Positions 20,811-30,069 of a stretch of 64,000 nucleotides of DNA are shown in pieces. Location: assembly GCA_963713435.1 (NCBI GenBank), contig CAVQLU010000001.1, forward strand, positions 86,247 to 150,246. The letters are read 5' to 3'. Position numbers and translations under genes: made by a program. Below the pieces are notes generated by a model. That model made no database searches, was not told where the DNA came from, and was given only the letters and a program-made list of their open reading frames with translations. The number at the start of each line of letters is the position of its first letter. Within the stretch, counting starts at the first letter, position 1. The stretch is from an uncultured Actinomycetes bacterium (GTDB lineage Bacteria; Actinomycetota; Thermoleophilia; Gaiellales; JALYLC01).

Positions 20811-22526
20811 CTACAGCCGGCGCTGAAGCGCCCGCTCCCGCTCGCACTCGAGCCGCTGGTGGACGAGCTGGATCACCGTGGCGCCCTCACCCATCGCCGT
20901 CGTGACGCGCTTGACCGAGCCGCGGCGGACATCGCCCGCGGCGAAGATTCCCGGGACGCTCGTTTCGAACAGCAGCGGGTCCCGCTCGAGCGGCCAGCTG
21001 CTCGAGAACTCGATGTCGGGGTCGACATCCGACCCGGTCAGGATGAACCCGCGCTCGTCGCGATCCACGGTCCCGTCCAGCCAGTCCGTGCGGGGCTCGG
21101 CGCCGATCATCACGAAGAGTCCCGCGGTCTCGATCCGCTCGAGCGCATTGCTCGCGCGATCGCGGATGAAGATCGCCTCGAGCTGATCCTCGCCCTCGCA
21201 GTCGACCAGCTCGACGCCCAGCCGCACCAACACGTTCGCCAGCCCGGCCAGCTCGGTGATCAGGTACTCGGACATGCTCGTCTCGAGCGAGTCGCCCCGA
21301 ACGAGCAACGTGACCGCGTCCGCGTGCTTGGCGAGGTGCGCAGCCGCCTGGCCCGCCGAGTTCCCGCCGCCGACGACGCAGGCGTGACGGCCCCGCATTG
21401 CCCGGGCCTCGCTGGTCGCGGCTCCATAGAAGACGCCTGCGCCGATCAGCGCTTCCAGCTGCGGGATCCCGAGACGCCGCCACGACACGCCCATCGCGAG
21501 CACGACGGAGCGAGCGAGGACATCCTCGCCGTCGGCGATGCCGAGCACGTGCAGCGAGTCCGACGTGCTGAGCGAGGTCGCCTCGCGCGCGAGCACCAGG
21601 TTGGCGCCGAAGAGCCACGCCTGCTCGCATGCGCGCTGGGCGAGGTCCTGGCCCGCGATGCCCCAGGTGAAGCCCGGGACGTTGCGGATGCGGGAGCTGG
21701 CACCCGCCTGCCCGCCGGAGACCAGCCGCTCGAGGACGATCGTCTCGAGTCCCTCCGAGGCTGCATAGACGGCCGCGGACAGGCCGGCAGGGCCCGCGCC
21801 CACGATCGCGACGTCGTAGATCTCCTCGCCGACGTCGGTTCCGCCGCCCAGCGCCCCGACGAGCTGGCGGTTCGTCGGATCCACGAGCAGGCGGCCGTCA
21901 TTGCGGATGACGATCGGCAGGTGGGAGCCGGCCATCTCACGCTCCGCCAGGAGCGCGCTGCCCGCGTCCGAATCGGCGGCGCAGAACGTGAACGGGATGT
22001 TGAAGCGGGTCAGGAGGTCTCGGAGCTCGTGTCCGCGCGCGCTGTTCTCGGGCGCGACGACCCGGAAGAGCGCGAACCCGTCAGGGTCGGAGCGAGCCCA
22101 GCCGGCGAGGAACTCATTGACCGGCGGATAGAGGCCGTGCTCCGGGACCCAGGGCCTCACGAGGTGGTAGTCGATCTGCCCGAGCGTCATCGCGGACACC
22201 GTCGGGTTGGCCGTCGTGTAGTCGCGCTCGACCAGCAGGATGCGCTTGGCTGCCGGATGCAGCGCGTGCGCGCGGGCCAGGAACTCGATGCCGGTCATCC
22301 CCGGCATGCACTGCTCGGCGATCACGAGGGCGACGGGCTCGGCGGCGTCTGCCAAGGCTTCGACCCGGGCGATCCCGTCGTCCGGCCCGTCGGCGGCGAC
22401 GATGCGCGTTCCGTTCCCGAAGCGCCGTCGGAGGTCATGTTCGAGTGCCTCGAGAACCGCCGCCTCGGAGGACACGAGCAGGATGATCGGGAGGGGCGAA
22501 GCGTCATATGGGGCGTGAGATGTCAT
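20811..22526 (-). CDS. Receiver-like domain fused to a thioredoxin-reductase-like FAD oxidoreductase
   Basis: MPGMTGIEFL receiver remnant; IVGAGPAGLSAAVYAASEGL, VVGGGNSAGQAA, GIFAAGDVR. Confidence 0.85.
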   Translation of the reverse strand: MTSHAPYDASPLPIILLVSSEAAVLEALEHDLRRRFGNGTRIVAADGPDDGIARVEALADAAEPVALVIAEQCMPGMTGIEFLARAHALHPAAKRILLVERDYTTANPTVSAMTLGQIDYHLVRPWVPEHGLYPPVNEFLAGWARSDPDGFALFRVVAPENSARGHELRDLLTRFNIPFTFCAADSDAGSALLAEREMAGSHLPIVIRNDGRLLVDPTNRQLVGALGGGTDVGEEIYDVAIVGAGPAGLSAAVYAASEGLETIVLERLVSGGQAGASSRIRNVPGFTWGIAGQDLAQRACEQAWLFGANLVLAREATSLSTSDSLHVLGIADGEDVLARSVVLAMGVSWRRLGIPQLEALIGAGVFYGAATSEARAMRGRHACVVGGGNSAGQAAAHLAKHADAVTLLVRGDSLETSMSEYLITELAGLANVLVRLGVELVDCEGEDQLEAIFIRDRASNALERIETAGLFVMIGAEPRTDWLDGTVDRDERGFILTGSDVDPDIEFSSSWPLERDPLLFETSVPGIFAAGDVRRGSVKRVTTAMGEGATVIQLVHQRLECERERALQRRL

Positions 22527-22620
22527 CTGGGCGTCCTTTTCAACAGGCGGCCTTCGGTGTGGCGTTTCCGGCCTCCGCCAGGACGTTAGGATCGAACGCT
22601 CCGCGACACATCGGCACTCC

Positions 22621-22651
22621 TGCCGTATCTACGGCATGGGCGTTGCCGTAG
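22621..22651. promoter_or_regulatory. Overlapping inverted repeats (TGCCGTA/TACGGCA), possible operator
   Basis: tgccgta-tc-tacggca and ctacggca-N7-tgccgtag upstream of the 20811-22526 gene. Confidence 0.35.
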
Positions 22652-22685
22652 TGGTCAGATCCCTACCGGCGAGGCAGCGCGGGCG

Positions 22686-23379
22686 TCACGCGATCAGCGC
22701 GACGCCCGTCGCGATGAGCCAGAGCGACCAGACGACGTAGGTGATCGGGGTGAGGCGCTCGGCGAGCTTCCAGCCGTGCTCTCCGGCACGGCCGACGAAC
22801 TCGAGCGAGCAGACGCACAGCACTGCGCCCACGATGATGCCGACGACGCCGATCGCGCCGGGCACGGCGTCGGTCTGCACGAGTGCGGCGCCGGCAAGCA
22901 GCGTCCAGAGACCGGTGAAGAGGTACCCGAGGTGCTCACCGACGGCGACGCCGAGATAGCGGTTGAACGACTGGAAGACGATGTCGATCGCCTCGCGGCG
23001 CGCGGCGCTCGCATCCGGGTCGGCGTCGGCTCGCGCGAGATACGGGACGAGGAAGGGCCAGCGCACGAGGCCGAGGAACTGGACGGCTGCGGCCAGCACG
23101 CCGACCGTCGTGGTGACGGCGAGCAGCGTCGCGTCGGCGTCGCTCGATGGAGTGCGACAGCAGCACCGCCAGCGGGGCGAGCAGCACCGCCGTCAGCGCA
23201 AAGGCCCACCACAGGAGGATGAGACCGGTGCCGCCCTCGCGGAAGCGGGCCAGCACCTCGCTCGTCGGCCGACGTAGGATGCCGGGGTAGTCGAAGCGCG
23301 CGCCCAGAAGTGCGAACGCGGCATTGAAGGCGAGCGGGACCGCGATCAGCAGCAAGCCGGTCAGCGTGGTGACGCTCAC
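22686..23379 (-). CDS. DUF4386-like membrane protein (frameshift near 23145)
   Basis: FDYPGILRRP..VLARF in one frame; VQFLGLVRWPFLVPYLA, GVAVGEHLGYLFTGLW in another. Confidence 0.7.
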
Positions 23380-23927
23380 TGCGCCGCCGCCGGCGACGCG
23401 AGGCTTCCGGCCGGCGACGCCGTGACGCGCAGCCGCTGCAACGCGAGCCCGGTGAGGACCGTCGCGATCACGGCGCCGGCCGCCCCGAAGGTGGTGTACC
23501 CGCGCTCGACGTCGACGCCGATCGACCAGGTGGCGAGCCAGCCGAGCGACCATGCGACGCCCGTGACGACCGACCACGTAGCCACCGCGCGACCGCCGCG
23601 CTGGAGCAGCAGTCCCTGCGTGAGACCCACGGTCAGGCCGGCGACGAGGCCCACCACCACCAGATCGCGCAGCTCGGTGCCGGCGTCCGTGAGGACGACG
23701 GCCAGCGCGCTGCCGCCGGCCATCGCGGCGGCGGTGCCCGCGATCCAGCGGGGGTCGATGCCGAACGGGCGCAGCGCGAGCCACTGGCCCACGCCGATGA
23801 CGGCACCCGTCAGCGCGCCGGCGGCAAGCGCGGAGCCCGGCCCGTCGATCGAGCCGACCGTCTCGACGGCGAGCAGCCCGCCGAGGGGGAATGCGATGAA
23901 CGTCGGCAACCAGCGCTTCCACGACAT
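23376..23927 (-). CDS. Membrane hypothetical protein
   Basis: Hydrophobic, repeated G-x-x-Q-W/G-L motifs; GGAG RBS; stop overlaps the next start. Confidence 0.7.
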   Translation of the reverse strand: MSWKRWLPTFIAFPLGGLLAVETVGSIDGPGSALAAGALTGAVIGVGQWLALRPFGIDPRWIAGTAAAMAGGSALAVVLTDAGTELRDLVVVGLVAGLTVGLTQGLLLQRGGRAVATWSVVTGVAWSLGWLATWSIGVDVERGYTTFGAAGAVIATVLTGLALQRLRVTASPAGSLASPAAAQ

Positions 23928-23954
23928 GAGTGTCTCCTCCGGGTTAACTCGCCT

Positions 23955-24004
23955 AATCGGCTAAGCTGTCAGACAGCTTAGCCGATTCCGGAAGGAGCTG
24001 TCAA
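23955..24004 (-). promoter_or_regulatory. Sigma70-type promoter (TTGACA-N18-TAAGCT) overlapped by a perfect 33-bp palindrome
   Basis: AATCGGCTAAGCTGTC-A-GACAGCTTAGCCGATT at 23955-23987; TTGACA on the minus strand at 24004-23999. Confidence 0.65.
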
Positions 24005-24906
24005 GCACCGGATCGTCCAGCCCGGGGCGACGGAAACTGCAGCGCATACTGCTCGGCGATCTGCCCGGGCGTGGTCCGCCAGATCCCATCGCCGAGGGCG
24101 GCGATGCGCTCGAGCGCGCGCCGGAACGCACGCAGGCGGTGCGGCTGGCCAACGATGAACGGGTGCACCACGATGCCGCAGACAAGCGGCGCGGAAGTCG
24201 CCTGCTCGAGCAGCTCCTCCACGCCGTCGATCACGGCGTCGGCGAACTCGCGCCCGCTCGCGTGGTGCAGCACGACGGCCGGCACGTCGTTCAGCTCGTG
24301 CGGGTAGGGCACGCTGAGCAGCGGCCCGCCGGCGGTCTGGAGCCAGTGCGGCTGCTCGTCGTGCGTCCAGTCGAGCGTGTAGCGATAGCCGTGCTCGGCC
24401 AGGAGATCCTCGGTCTCTCGCGCGGGGTTCGCGCCCGGGCTCATCCAGCCGCCGGGCGCCTGTCCCTCCGCACGCGCGATGGCATCGCGCACCTCGACGA
24501 CCATCGCCTCGTGCTCGGCTCGCGTGAGGTCGTTCGGCTGAATCGCGTTCGTCACGCCGTGCCCCACGAACTCCGCACCGGCTGCTCGATAGGCCTCGAG
24601 CAGTTGCGGGCAATGCTCGTAGGCCGAGGTGTTGAGCAGCACCGTCGGCGGAATCGCCACCTGCCCGAGGGCCTCGAGCAGCCGGAAGGCGCCGATGCGG
24701 TTGCCGTACTCACGCCATGACCAGTTGTAGGTGTTCGGGTGCGGGATCCCGGCCGAGTAGGACAGGCCCAATCCGCCCTCCCCGTAGGGGAAATGCTCGA
24801 TCGCAACCGCGATGTAGAGCGCCAGGCGCCGCCCCTCGGGCCAGCTGAAATCCCGGCGCTCGGTGATGGGCGAGTAGGCGAACCGCCCGTGGCCCGGCAG
24901 CGCCAT
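24001..24906 (-). CDS. Polysaccharide deacetylase family (PuuE/allantoinase-like) protein
   Basis: WPEGRRLAL, WREYGNRIGAFRL, FVGHG, GWMSPG, DEQP, VPYPHELND, HPFIVGQPHR. Confidence 0.8.
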   Translation of the reverse strand: MALPGHGRFAYSPITERRDFSWPEGRRLALYIAVAIEHFPYGEGGLGLSYSAGIPHPNTYNWSWREYGNRIGAFRLLEALGQVAIPPTVLLNTSAYEHCPQLLEAYRAAGAEFVGHGVTNAIQPNDLTRAEHEAMVVEVRDAIARAEGQAPGGWMSPGANPARETEDLLAEHGYRYTLDWTHDEQPHWLQTAGGPLLSVPYPHELNDVPAVVLHHASGREFADAVIDGVEELLEQATSAPLVCGIVVHPFIVGQPHRLRAFRRALERIAALGDGIWRTTPGQIAEQYALQFPSPRAGRSGA

Positions 24907-25628
24907 CAGGCGGCCGGGGCGCCGATGTCGGCGGCGTGCGTGCGGTCGAGGATCGCCTTCAGGTGCGCGGCCATCGCGGCCTCCGCAGCCTCGGCGTCGC
25001 GGCGGCGGACCGCGAGCAAGATTGCCGAGTGCTCCTCGAGCGGCGCGCGCAGATCGCTCTTGCGCGCGAGCACGATGTTCATCTCGTGCTGGAGCTCGCG
25101 CAGGTCACGTACGAGCCGCGCGTGCAGGTCGTTGCCGGTCGCCTCGGCCAGGAGCACGTGGAAGGCGAGGTCGTCCTCGACCCACTCGACCGGGTCGTTG
25201 CGCGTCGCGTGCCGGGAGACGATCTCGCCGAGGCCGGCCAACTGGTCGGCGGTGCGGCGCTGCGCCGCCAGCCCGGCTCCGGGGACCTCGAGGTGCGCTC
25301 GGACCTCGTAGAGATCCTCCGCCGAATAGCGCCCGAGCAGCAGCAGCCCGCTGCGCGTCGGCCGCGTCGCCTTCACGAATGTCCCCGACCCGGTGCGCGA
25401 CTCCACGACCCCTGCCGCGCGCAACGCCCCGAGCGCCTCTCGCACGATCGGGCGGCTCACGGCGAACGACTTCGCGAGCTCGAGCTCCGACGGCAGGCGG
25501 TCTCCGACGGAGAGCCCGCCGTCCTGGATCAGCGCCAGCAGCTGCGCCCGCACCGACTCGGCCGCACTGACCCGGTCGATCCGGCGGACGTCCAGCGCTT
25601 CGATATTCCTGGGCGAGGAATCGGCCAT
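24906..25628 (-). CDS. GntR/FadR family transcriptional regulator
   Basis: GDRLPSELELAKSFAVSRPIVREAL, GSGTFV; FCD domain DLAFH..ATGN..EEH. Confidence 0.9.
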   Translation of the reverse strand: MADSSPRNIEALDVRRIDRVSAAESVRAQLLALIQDGGLSVGDRLPSELELAKSFAVSRPIVREALGALRAAGVVESRTGSGTFVKATRPTRSGLLLLGRYSAEDLYEVRAHLEVPGAGLAAQRRTADQLAGLGEIVSRHATRNDPVEWVEDDLAFHVLLAEATGNDLHARLVRDLRELQHEMNIVLARKSDLRAPLEEHSAILLAVRRRDAEAAEAAMAAHLKAILDRTHAADIGAPAA

Positions 25629-25690
25629 CCAGGCAGTTTGCCTGGATGGCCTCAACCTGTCAAGCAGCTTTGCTCATAATGCAGACTCGC

Positions 25691-26254
25691 TCAGGAGCAC
25701 GGGATCTGATCGGGAGCCTGGATGATGAAACCGGCGTAGGGCAACGCGCCACCGTTCTTGTTGGCTCCCGGGGCCTTCGAGTCGTAGAGACCGATGGCGG
25801 TCACGTGCACGAGGTCGGCCGTAGCGAAGAGCCGGTCGCCCATCGTGTAGACGTACGTGCTGCCGTTCTGCGTGCTGAACTTCGAGGGCACGAGCTTGCT
25901 GCCATAGGCTTGCTTCAGCTCGTCCACGGTCGAACAGGGACCGATGCCGGCGGCCGTCTTGTAGGCCTTGTTCCAGGTGGTGATGAGCACCGCTCGGTCG
26001 ACGCCGTCCCGGAAATAGACGTTCATCTTGCGCTTCGGGAACACCAGGCGGGTGAAGTTGTCGGGATCCGTGAAGCCATTTGGCGGCGTCTCCAGACGCG
26101 CGCGCGAACCCAGCACCTGCTTGTAGACGAGCGCCCCCTTGCCGAGCTTCGCGCCCGCGATGGCGTGAGGCGCGATCGTCACGGTCGCTGCCGAAGCGGC
26201 CGCGACGCACGAAAGTCCTGCGATGCACACGGCGATGAGGAAAACCCTTGTCAT
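25691..26254 (-). CDS. Secreted protein homologous to the extracellular domain of the Ser/Thr kinase at 27910-29376
   Basis: Signal peptide; shared IAGAxLG, FPxR..VYF, TWN, TAAG[IV]GPCST, VTA[IV]GL, GGALx[YF]AG; GGAGG RBS. Confidence 0.8.
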   Translation of the reverse strand: MTRVFLIAVCIAGLSCVAAASAATVTIAPHAIAGAKLGKGALVYKQVLGSRARLETPPNGFTDPDNFTRLVFPKRKMNVYFRDGVDRAVLITTWNKAYKTAAGIGPCSTVDELKQAYGSKLVPSKFSTQNGSTYVYTMGDRLFATADLVHVTAIGLYDSKAPGANKNGGALPYAGFIIQAPDQIPCS

Positions 26255-26309
26255 GCGTGAACCACCTCCGGTCGTTGATCGTTGGCGGTCCGACGATGGC
26301 GGTCGTCGT

Positions 26310-26337
26310 TATCGACTCTCTATCGAACGGCTACGGT
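26310..26337. promoter_or_regulatory. Direct repeats with 11-bp period (TATCGA), candidate SARP binding site
   Basis: TATCGA at 26310-26315 and 26321-26326, degenerate third unit at 26332, in the divergent intergenic region. Confidence 0.5.
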
Positions 26338-26345
26338 CCGCGTGC

Positions 26346-27926
26346 GTGCTCGATTTCCGCATCCTCGGGCCCCTCGAAGTGGCAGATGACGGCCGCCCCG
26401 TTCGTCTCGGCGGTCCGAAGCAGCGCGCAACTCTCGCGATCCTGCTTCTGAACGCGAATCGGGTCGTCTCGATCGAGCGACTGGCGGATGACCTCTACGC
26501 CGGCGCCGCGCCTGCCACGGCCGTCGCACAGGTGCAGCGCCAGATCTCGGAGTTGCGCAAGGCGCTCGGTTCTGCCGACAGTGTGGTGACCCAGGCGCCC
26601 GGATACGTTCTCCCCCTCTCACCCGGGCAACTCGACCTCTCTCGCTTCGAGGCGCAGGCGGAGGCCGCAGCGCGGTCTCTGGCGAACGGAGAGCCAGAGC
26701 GCGCCAGCGACCTCTTCCGGGAAGCGCTCGCCTCCTGGCGCGGCGCACCGCTCGCGGATTTCACCTACGAGCTCTTCGCGGGAATCGCGATCGCACGCCT
26801 GGAGGAGATCCGGCTCGCAGCGCTCGAGCAGAGGATCGAAGCCGATCTGGCCCTCGGCCGGCACGTGGCGCTCATCGCCGAGCTCGAGCAATTCGTGCGC
26901 GAGCACCCGCTGCGGGAGACGCTGCGGGCCGAGCTGATGCTCGCCTACTACCGGGCCGGGCGGCAGGTGGACGCGCTGCAGGTCTATCGCAGCACGCGCG
27001 CTCTGCTCGCGTCCGACTTCGGCATCGAGCCGACGCCTGCCCTGCAAAAGCTCGAGCATTCGATCCTCACGCAGGATCCCGCACTCGACCTCGTCGCCAC
27101 CACGACTGCGGTCACAAGTACCGGCTCCTCCATCCTCCTCGTGCCATCGGAGGACGCGGCTCTCGACGCTCTCATGTCGCTCGGCGAGCCTCTCGCAGGT
27201 CTCCCCGAACGCGAGCTGATCGTCGCCCGCCTCGTCAACGACGAGGCGCTCCTGGAAGCGGCCGGAGCGGAGCTGCGGGCGCTCCGTTCAGCTTCGCCCG
27301 TGCCGACCCGCACGGCCGCCTTCACCACGAAGGACGTGGCGTCGGACGCCGCCCGGCTCGTTGCCGCCTATGACGTCCAACTCGTGCTGGTCGACGCGGG
27401 CGCGGGCGACGATGCCCTCTCCGAGGTGATCGCCGACCTCTTCGAGCGCTCGCCGGCCACGGTCGGCGTCCTCCAGGGCACGCCTCCGCCGCTCGGCGCC
27501 GGCAGCGAGATCTTCGTGCCCTTCGGCGGCAGCGAACACGACTGGGCCGCGCTCGAGGTGAGCGCGCTCCTGTGCCTCGCCACGGGAGCGCGGCTGCGCC
27601 TGGTGGGAACGCGTGCGGATCCCGCCTCGGGACGCCGCGATGCGAGCAGGCTGCTCGCCGATGCGGCGCTGGCCGTTCAGAAGGTGGTGGGAGTCGACGC
27701 CGAATCGCTGCTCGCAGAGGCCGACGGAGCCGCGCTGACGGCTGCCGTTCGCCCGGCGACCCTGGTCGTGACGGGCGTTGCGGCGCGTTCGAGGGAAGAA
27801 GGCGTGAGTTCGACCCGCCGGGCGTTGCTGACTGCCGATCGCCCCTTGCTGCTGGTGCATCGCGGTCCGCGGCCGAGCGGCCTCGCACCGGGCGAGAGCC
27901 GTACGCGCTTCAGCTGGTCTCTGTGA
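26346..27926 (+). CDS. SARP (AfsR/DnrI) family regulator: wHTH + BTAD + C-terminal tandem USP-like domains
   Basis: FRILGPLEV, KQRATLAILLLNANRVVS, ALASWRG, HPLRETL..LMLAYYRAGRQ..AL, GIEP; C-terminal IFVPFGGSEHDWAAL. Confidence 0.85.
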   Translation: MLDFRILGPLEVADDGRPVRLGGPKQRATLAILLLNANRVVSIERLADDLYAGAAPATAVAQVQRQISELRKALGSADSVVTQAPGYVLPLSPGQLDLSRFEAQAEAAARSLANGEPERASDLFREALASWRGAPLADFTYELFAGIAIARLEEIRLAALEQRIEADLALGRHVALIAELEQFVREHPLRETLRAELMLAYYRAGRQVDALQVYRSTRALLASDFGIEPTPALQKLEHSILTQDPALDLVATTTAVTSTGSSILLVPSEDAALDALMSLGEPLAGLPERELIVARLVNDEALLEAAGAELRALRSASPVPTRTAAFTTKDVASDAARLVAAYDVQLVLVDAGAGDDALSEVIADLFERSPATVGVLQGTPPPLGAGSEIFVPFGGSEHDWAALEVSALLCLATGARLRLVGTRADPASGRRDASRLLADAALAVQKVVGVDAESLLAEADGAALTAAVRPATLVVTGVAARSREEGVSSTRRALLTADRPLLLVHRGPRPSGLAPGESRTRFSWSL

Positions 27927-29376
27927 ACTCATCGCACGCCGTGGTTGCGTCGATCGCCAGGTAGCCGGCGAACGAGAGCGCCCCACCGGGCTTGGCGGCA
28001 TCGGGAGCGTCGCCGTAGAAGAGCCCGACTGCCGTCACCGTGGGCGACGGAGGAACCCCGTTCGCCGCGAAGATCAGATTCTTCTCGAGCAGGTAGGCGT
28101 AGACGAGCCCCTTCTGCGTGTTGGTCGGCGAGGGTTTGAACGCCTTGCCATAGGTGCGTTTCGCCCCGGCGATCGTCGAGCAGGGTCCGACTCCTGCGGC
28201 CGTCCGGTCATGCCCGTTCCAGGTGATGATCTCGACGGCCGTATCGGTGAAGCCCTTGAAGTAGACGGCGATCCCGCGGTTCGGGAACGTGAGAATCCGG
28301 TGCCCGGAATTGGGCTGCGTCGAAAACTGCCAGGGCTTTCCGAAGTGCTCCTCGTAGGCCTCGGCGCGCAGGCCGAGCGGGGCGCCCGCGATCGACGTGG
28401 GAGTGATCGACGCCGCGTCGGCCTGCCCGTCCCCTCGAAACGTCCACGCGATTCCCAGAGCAACGGCGGCGGCGACGATCAGCACCGCGGCGCCGGCGAT
28501 GAGTCCTCGCCGCCGGCGCCTGGTTCGCGCGATCGGCTCCCCGCGAAGCGCTGATCGCGCCTCATTCATGAGCGCGCCGCAGGTCGGAACGCGTTCTTCG
28601 GGGCGCTTCGCCAGCGCTCGGCCGATGACGTCGTCGAGCGCATCCGGCAACCCCGGGCGGCGCTGCGAGAGCCTGGGCGGCGGCTCGTTCAAGTGGGCGA
28701 AGACGACGGCCAGCTCGCTCTCGCGTTCGAATGGCCGGGCGCCCGCAAGGCACTCGAACAGGACGCAGCCGAGCGAATACACGTCGGCGCGCCCGTCGAC
28801 GGTCCCACCCTCGATCTGCTCGGGCGGCACGTAGTCGATCGTCCCGGCAAAGCCTCTGTCCCCAGTCAGGCTGCTGACCGATGAGACGTGCCGGGCAAGC
28901 CCGAAATCGCAGATGTACGCGTTCTCGTCACCACCGCTCGAGCTGACGAGGATGTTTCCGGGCTTGACGTCGCGGTGCACGAGCCCGGCCGCGTGGGCAG
29001 CGTCGAGCGCTTCCGCGATCTGCCCGAGGAGATGCAGCGCGCGCTCGGGTTCGAGACGGCTTTCCCGGCTCAGAACCTCCCGCAGATCGGAACCCTCGAC
29101 ATACGCCATCGCGAGATAGAGCAGTCCGTCTTCCTCACCCGACGAGAGCGTGGCGACGGCGTGTGGATGCTCGAGGCTGCGGGCGAGCTGCGATTCACGC
29201 AGAAACCGCTGCCTGAAGCGCTCGTCGTTCGCGAGGTCCGGTGCGAGCACCTTGAGCGCGACCGCCTGCCCGTCGGCGTCCTCGGCGAGGTACACCGAGC
29301 CCGTGGCGCCGCTGCCGATGAACCGCGCAATGCGGTAACCCCCGACGACCGTGCCGCTCACGAGCTGGGGTGTCAT
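27910..29376 (-). CDS. Membrane Hanks-type Ser/Thr protein kinase with extracellular C-terminal domain
   Basis: IGSGATGSVY, VALK, HRDVKPGNIL, DFGLAR, GTIDYVPPE, DVYSLG; poly-Arg stretch then a TM helix. Confidence 0.92.
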   Translation of the reverse strand: MTPQLVSGTVVGGYRIARFIGSGATGSVYLAEDADGQAVALKVLAPDLANDERFRQRFLRESQLARSLEHPHAVATLSSGEEDGLLYLAMAYVEGSDLREVLSRESRLEPERALHLLGQIAEALDAAHAAGLVHRDVKPGNILVSSSGGDENAYICDFGLARHVSSVSSLTGDRGFAGTIDYVPPEQIEGGTVDGRADVYSLGCVLFECLAGARPFERESELAVVFAHLNEPPPRLSQRRPGLPDALDDVIGRALAKRPEERVPTCGALMNEARSALRGEPIARTRRRRRGLIAGAAVLIVAAAVALGIAWTFRGDGQADAASITPTSIAGAPLGLRAEAYEEHFGKPWQFSTQPNSGHRILTFPNRGIAVYFKGFTDTAVEIITWNGHDRTAAGVGPCSTIAGAKRTYGKAFKPSPTNTQKGLVYAYLLEKNLIFAANGVPPSPTVTAVGLFYGDAPDAAKPGGALSFAGYLAIDATTACDEFTETS

Positions 29377-29406
29377 GCCGCGGCGAGTCTCGCAGACGCA
29401 TGGGCG

Positions 29407-30069
29407 CTATGGAAGGCGCGCGTCGCCCTCGAAAATCCCGGTCTCGTACGCGAGCACGACCGCCTGCACGCGGTCGCGCAGTTCGAGCTTCTGCAAGATA
29501 TGCGTGACGTGCGTCTTGACGGTCGTGTCGCTGATGTAGAGCTCGCGACCGATCTCGGCGTTCGAGAGGCCGCGGGCGATCAGGCGGAAGACCTCGAGCT
29601 CGCGCTCCGTCAGCTCGTCGAGCTGCTTCGGAGGAGCCGGCTGCGGAATGCGGGTGAACCGCGTGATCACGCGCTTGGTGATGGAGGGCGAGAGCAGCGC
29701 CTCGCCGCCCGCAACGATGCGCACCGCGGCGATCAGCTGCTCGGGCGGGTCGTCCTTGAGCACGAAGCCGCTGGCGCCGGCGCGGAGCGCCTCGTAGACG
29801 TATTCGTCGAGGTCGAACGTCGTCAGGATCATGACCCGCGCGCCGGCGTCGGCGGCCAGGATCCGTCGCGTGGCCTCGAGGCCGTCGAGCTCGGGCATGC
29901 GGATGTCCATCAGGACGACGTTGGGATGGAAGCGCGCGGCCTTCTCGACCGCCTCGAGCCCGTTGCTGGCCTCGGCGACCACTTCGATCCCCTCCTCGCC
30001 GGCCAACAGCATGCGGAAACCGGCGCGCACCATCGACTGGTCGTCGGCGACGAGGACGCGGATCGTCAT
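29407..30069 (-). CDS. NarL/LuxR family response regulator
   Basis: VLMDIRMP, LTTFD, LTERELEV..GLSNAEIG..TVKTHV. Confidence 0.93.
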   Translation of the reverse strand: MTIRVLVADDQSMVRAGFRMLLAGEEGIEVVAEASNGLEAVEKAARFHPNVVLMDIRMPELDGLEATRRILAADAGARVMILTTFDLDEYVYEALRAGASGFVLKDDPPEQLIAAVRIVAGGEALLSPSITKRVITRFTRIPQPAPPKQLDELTERELEVFRLIARGLSNAEIGRELYISDTTVKTHVTHILQKLELRDRVQAVVLAYETGIFEGDARLP

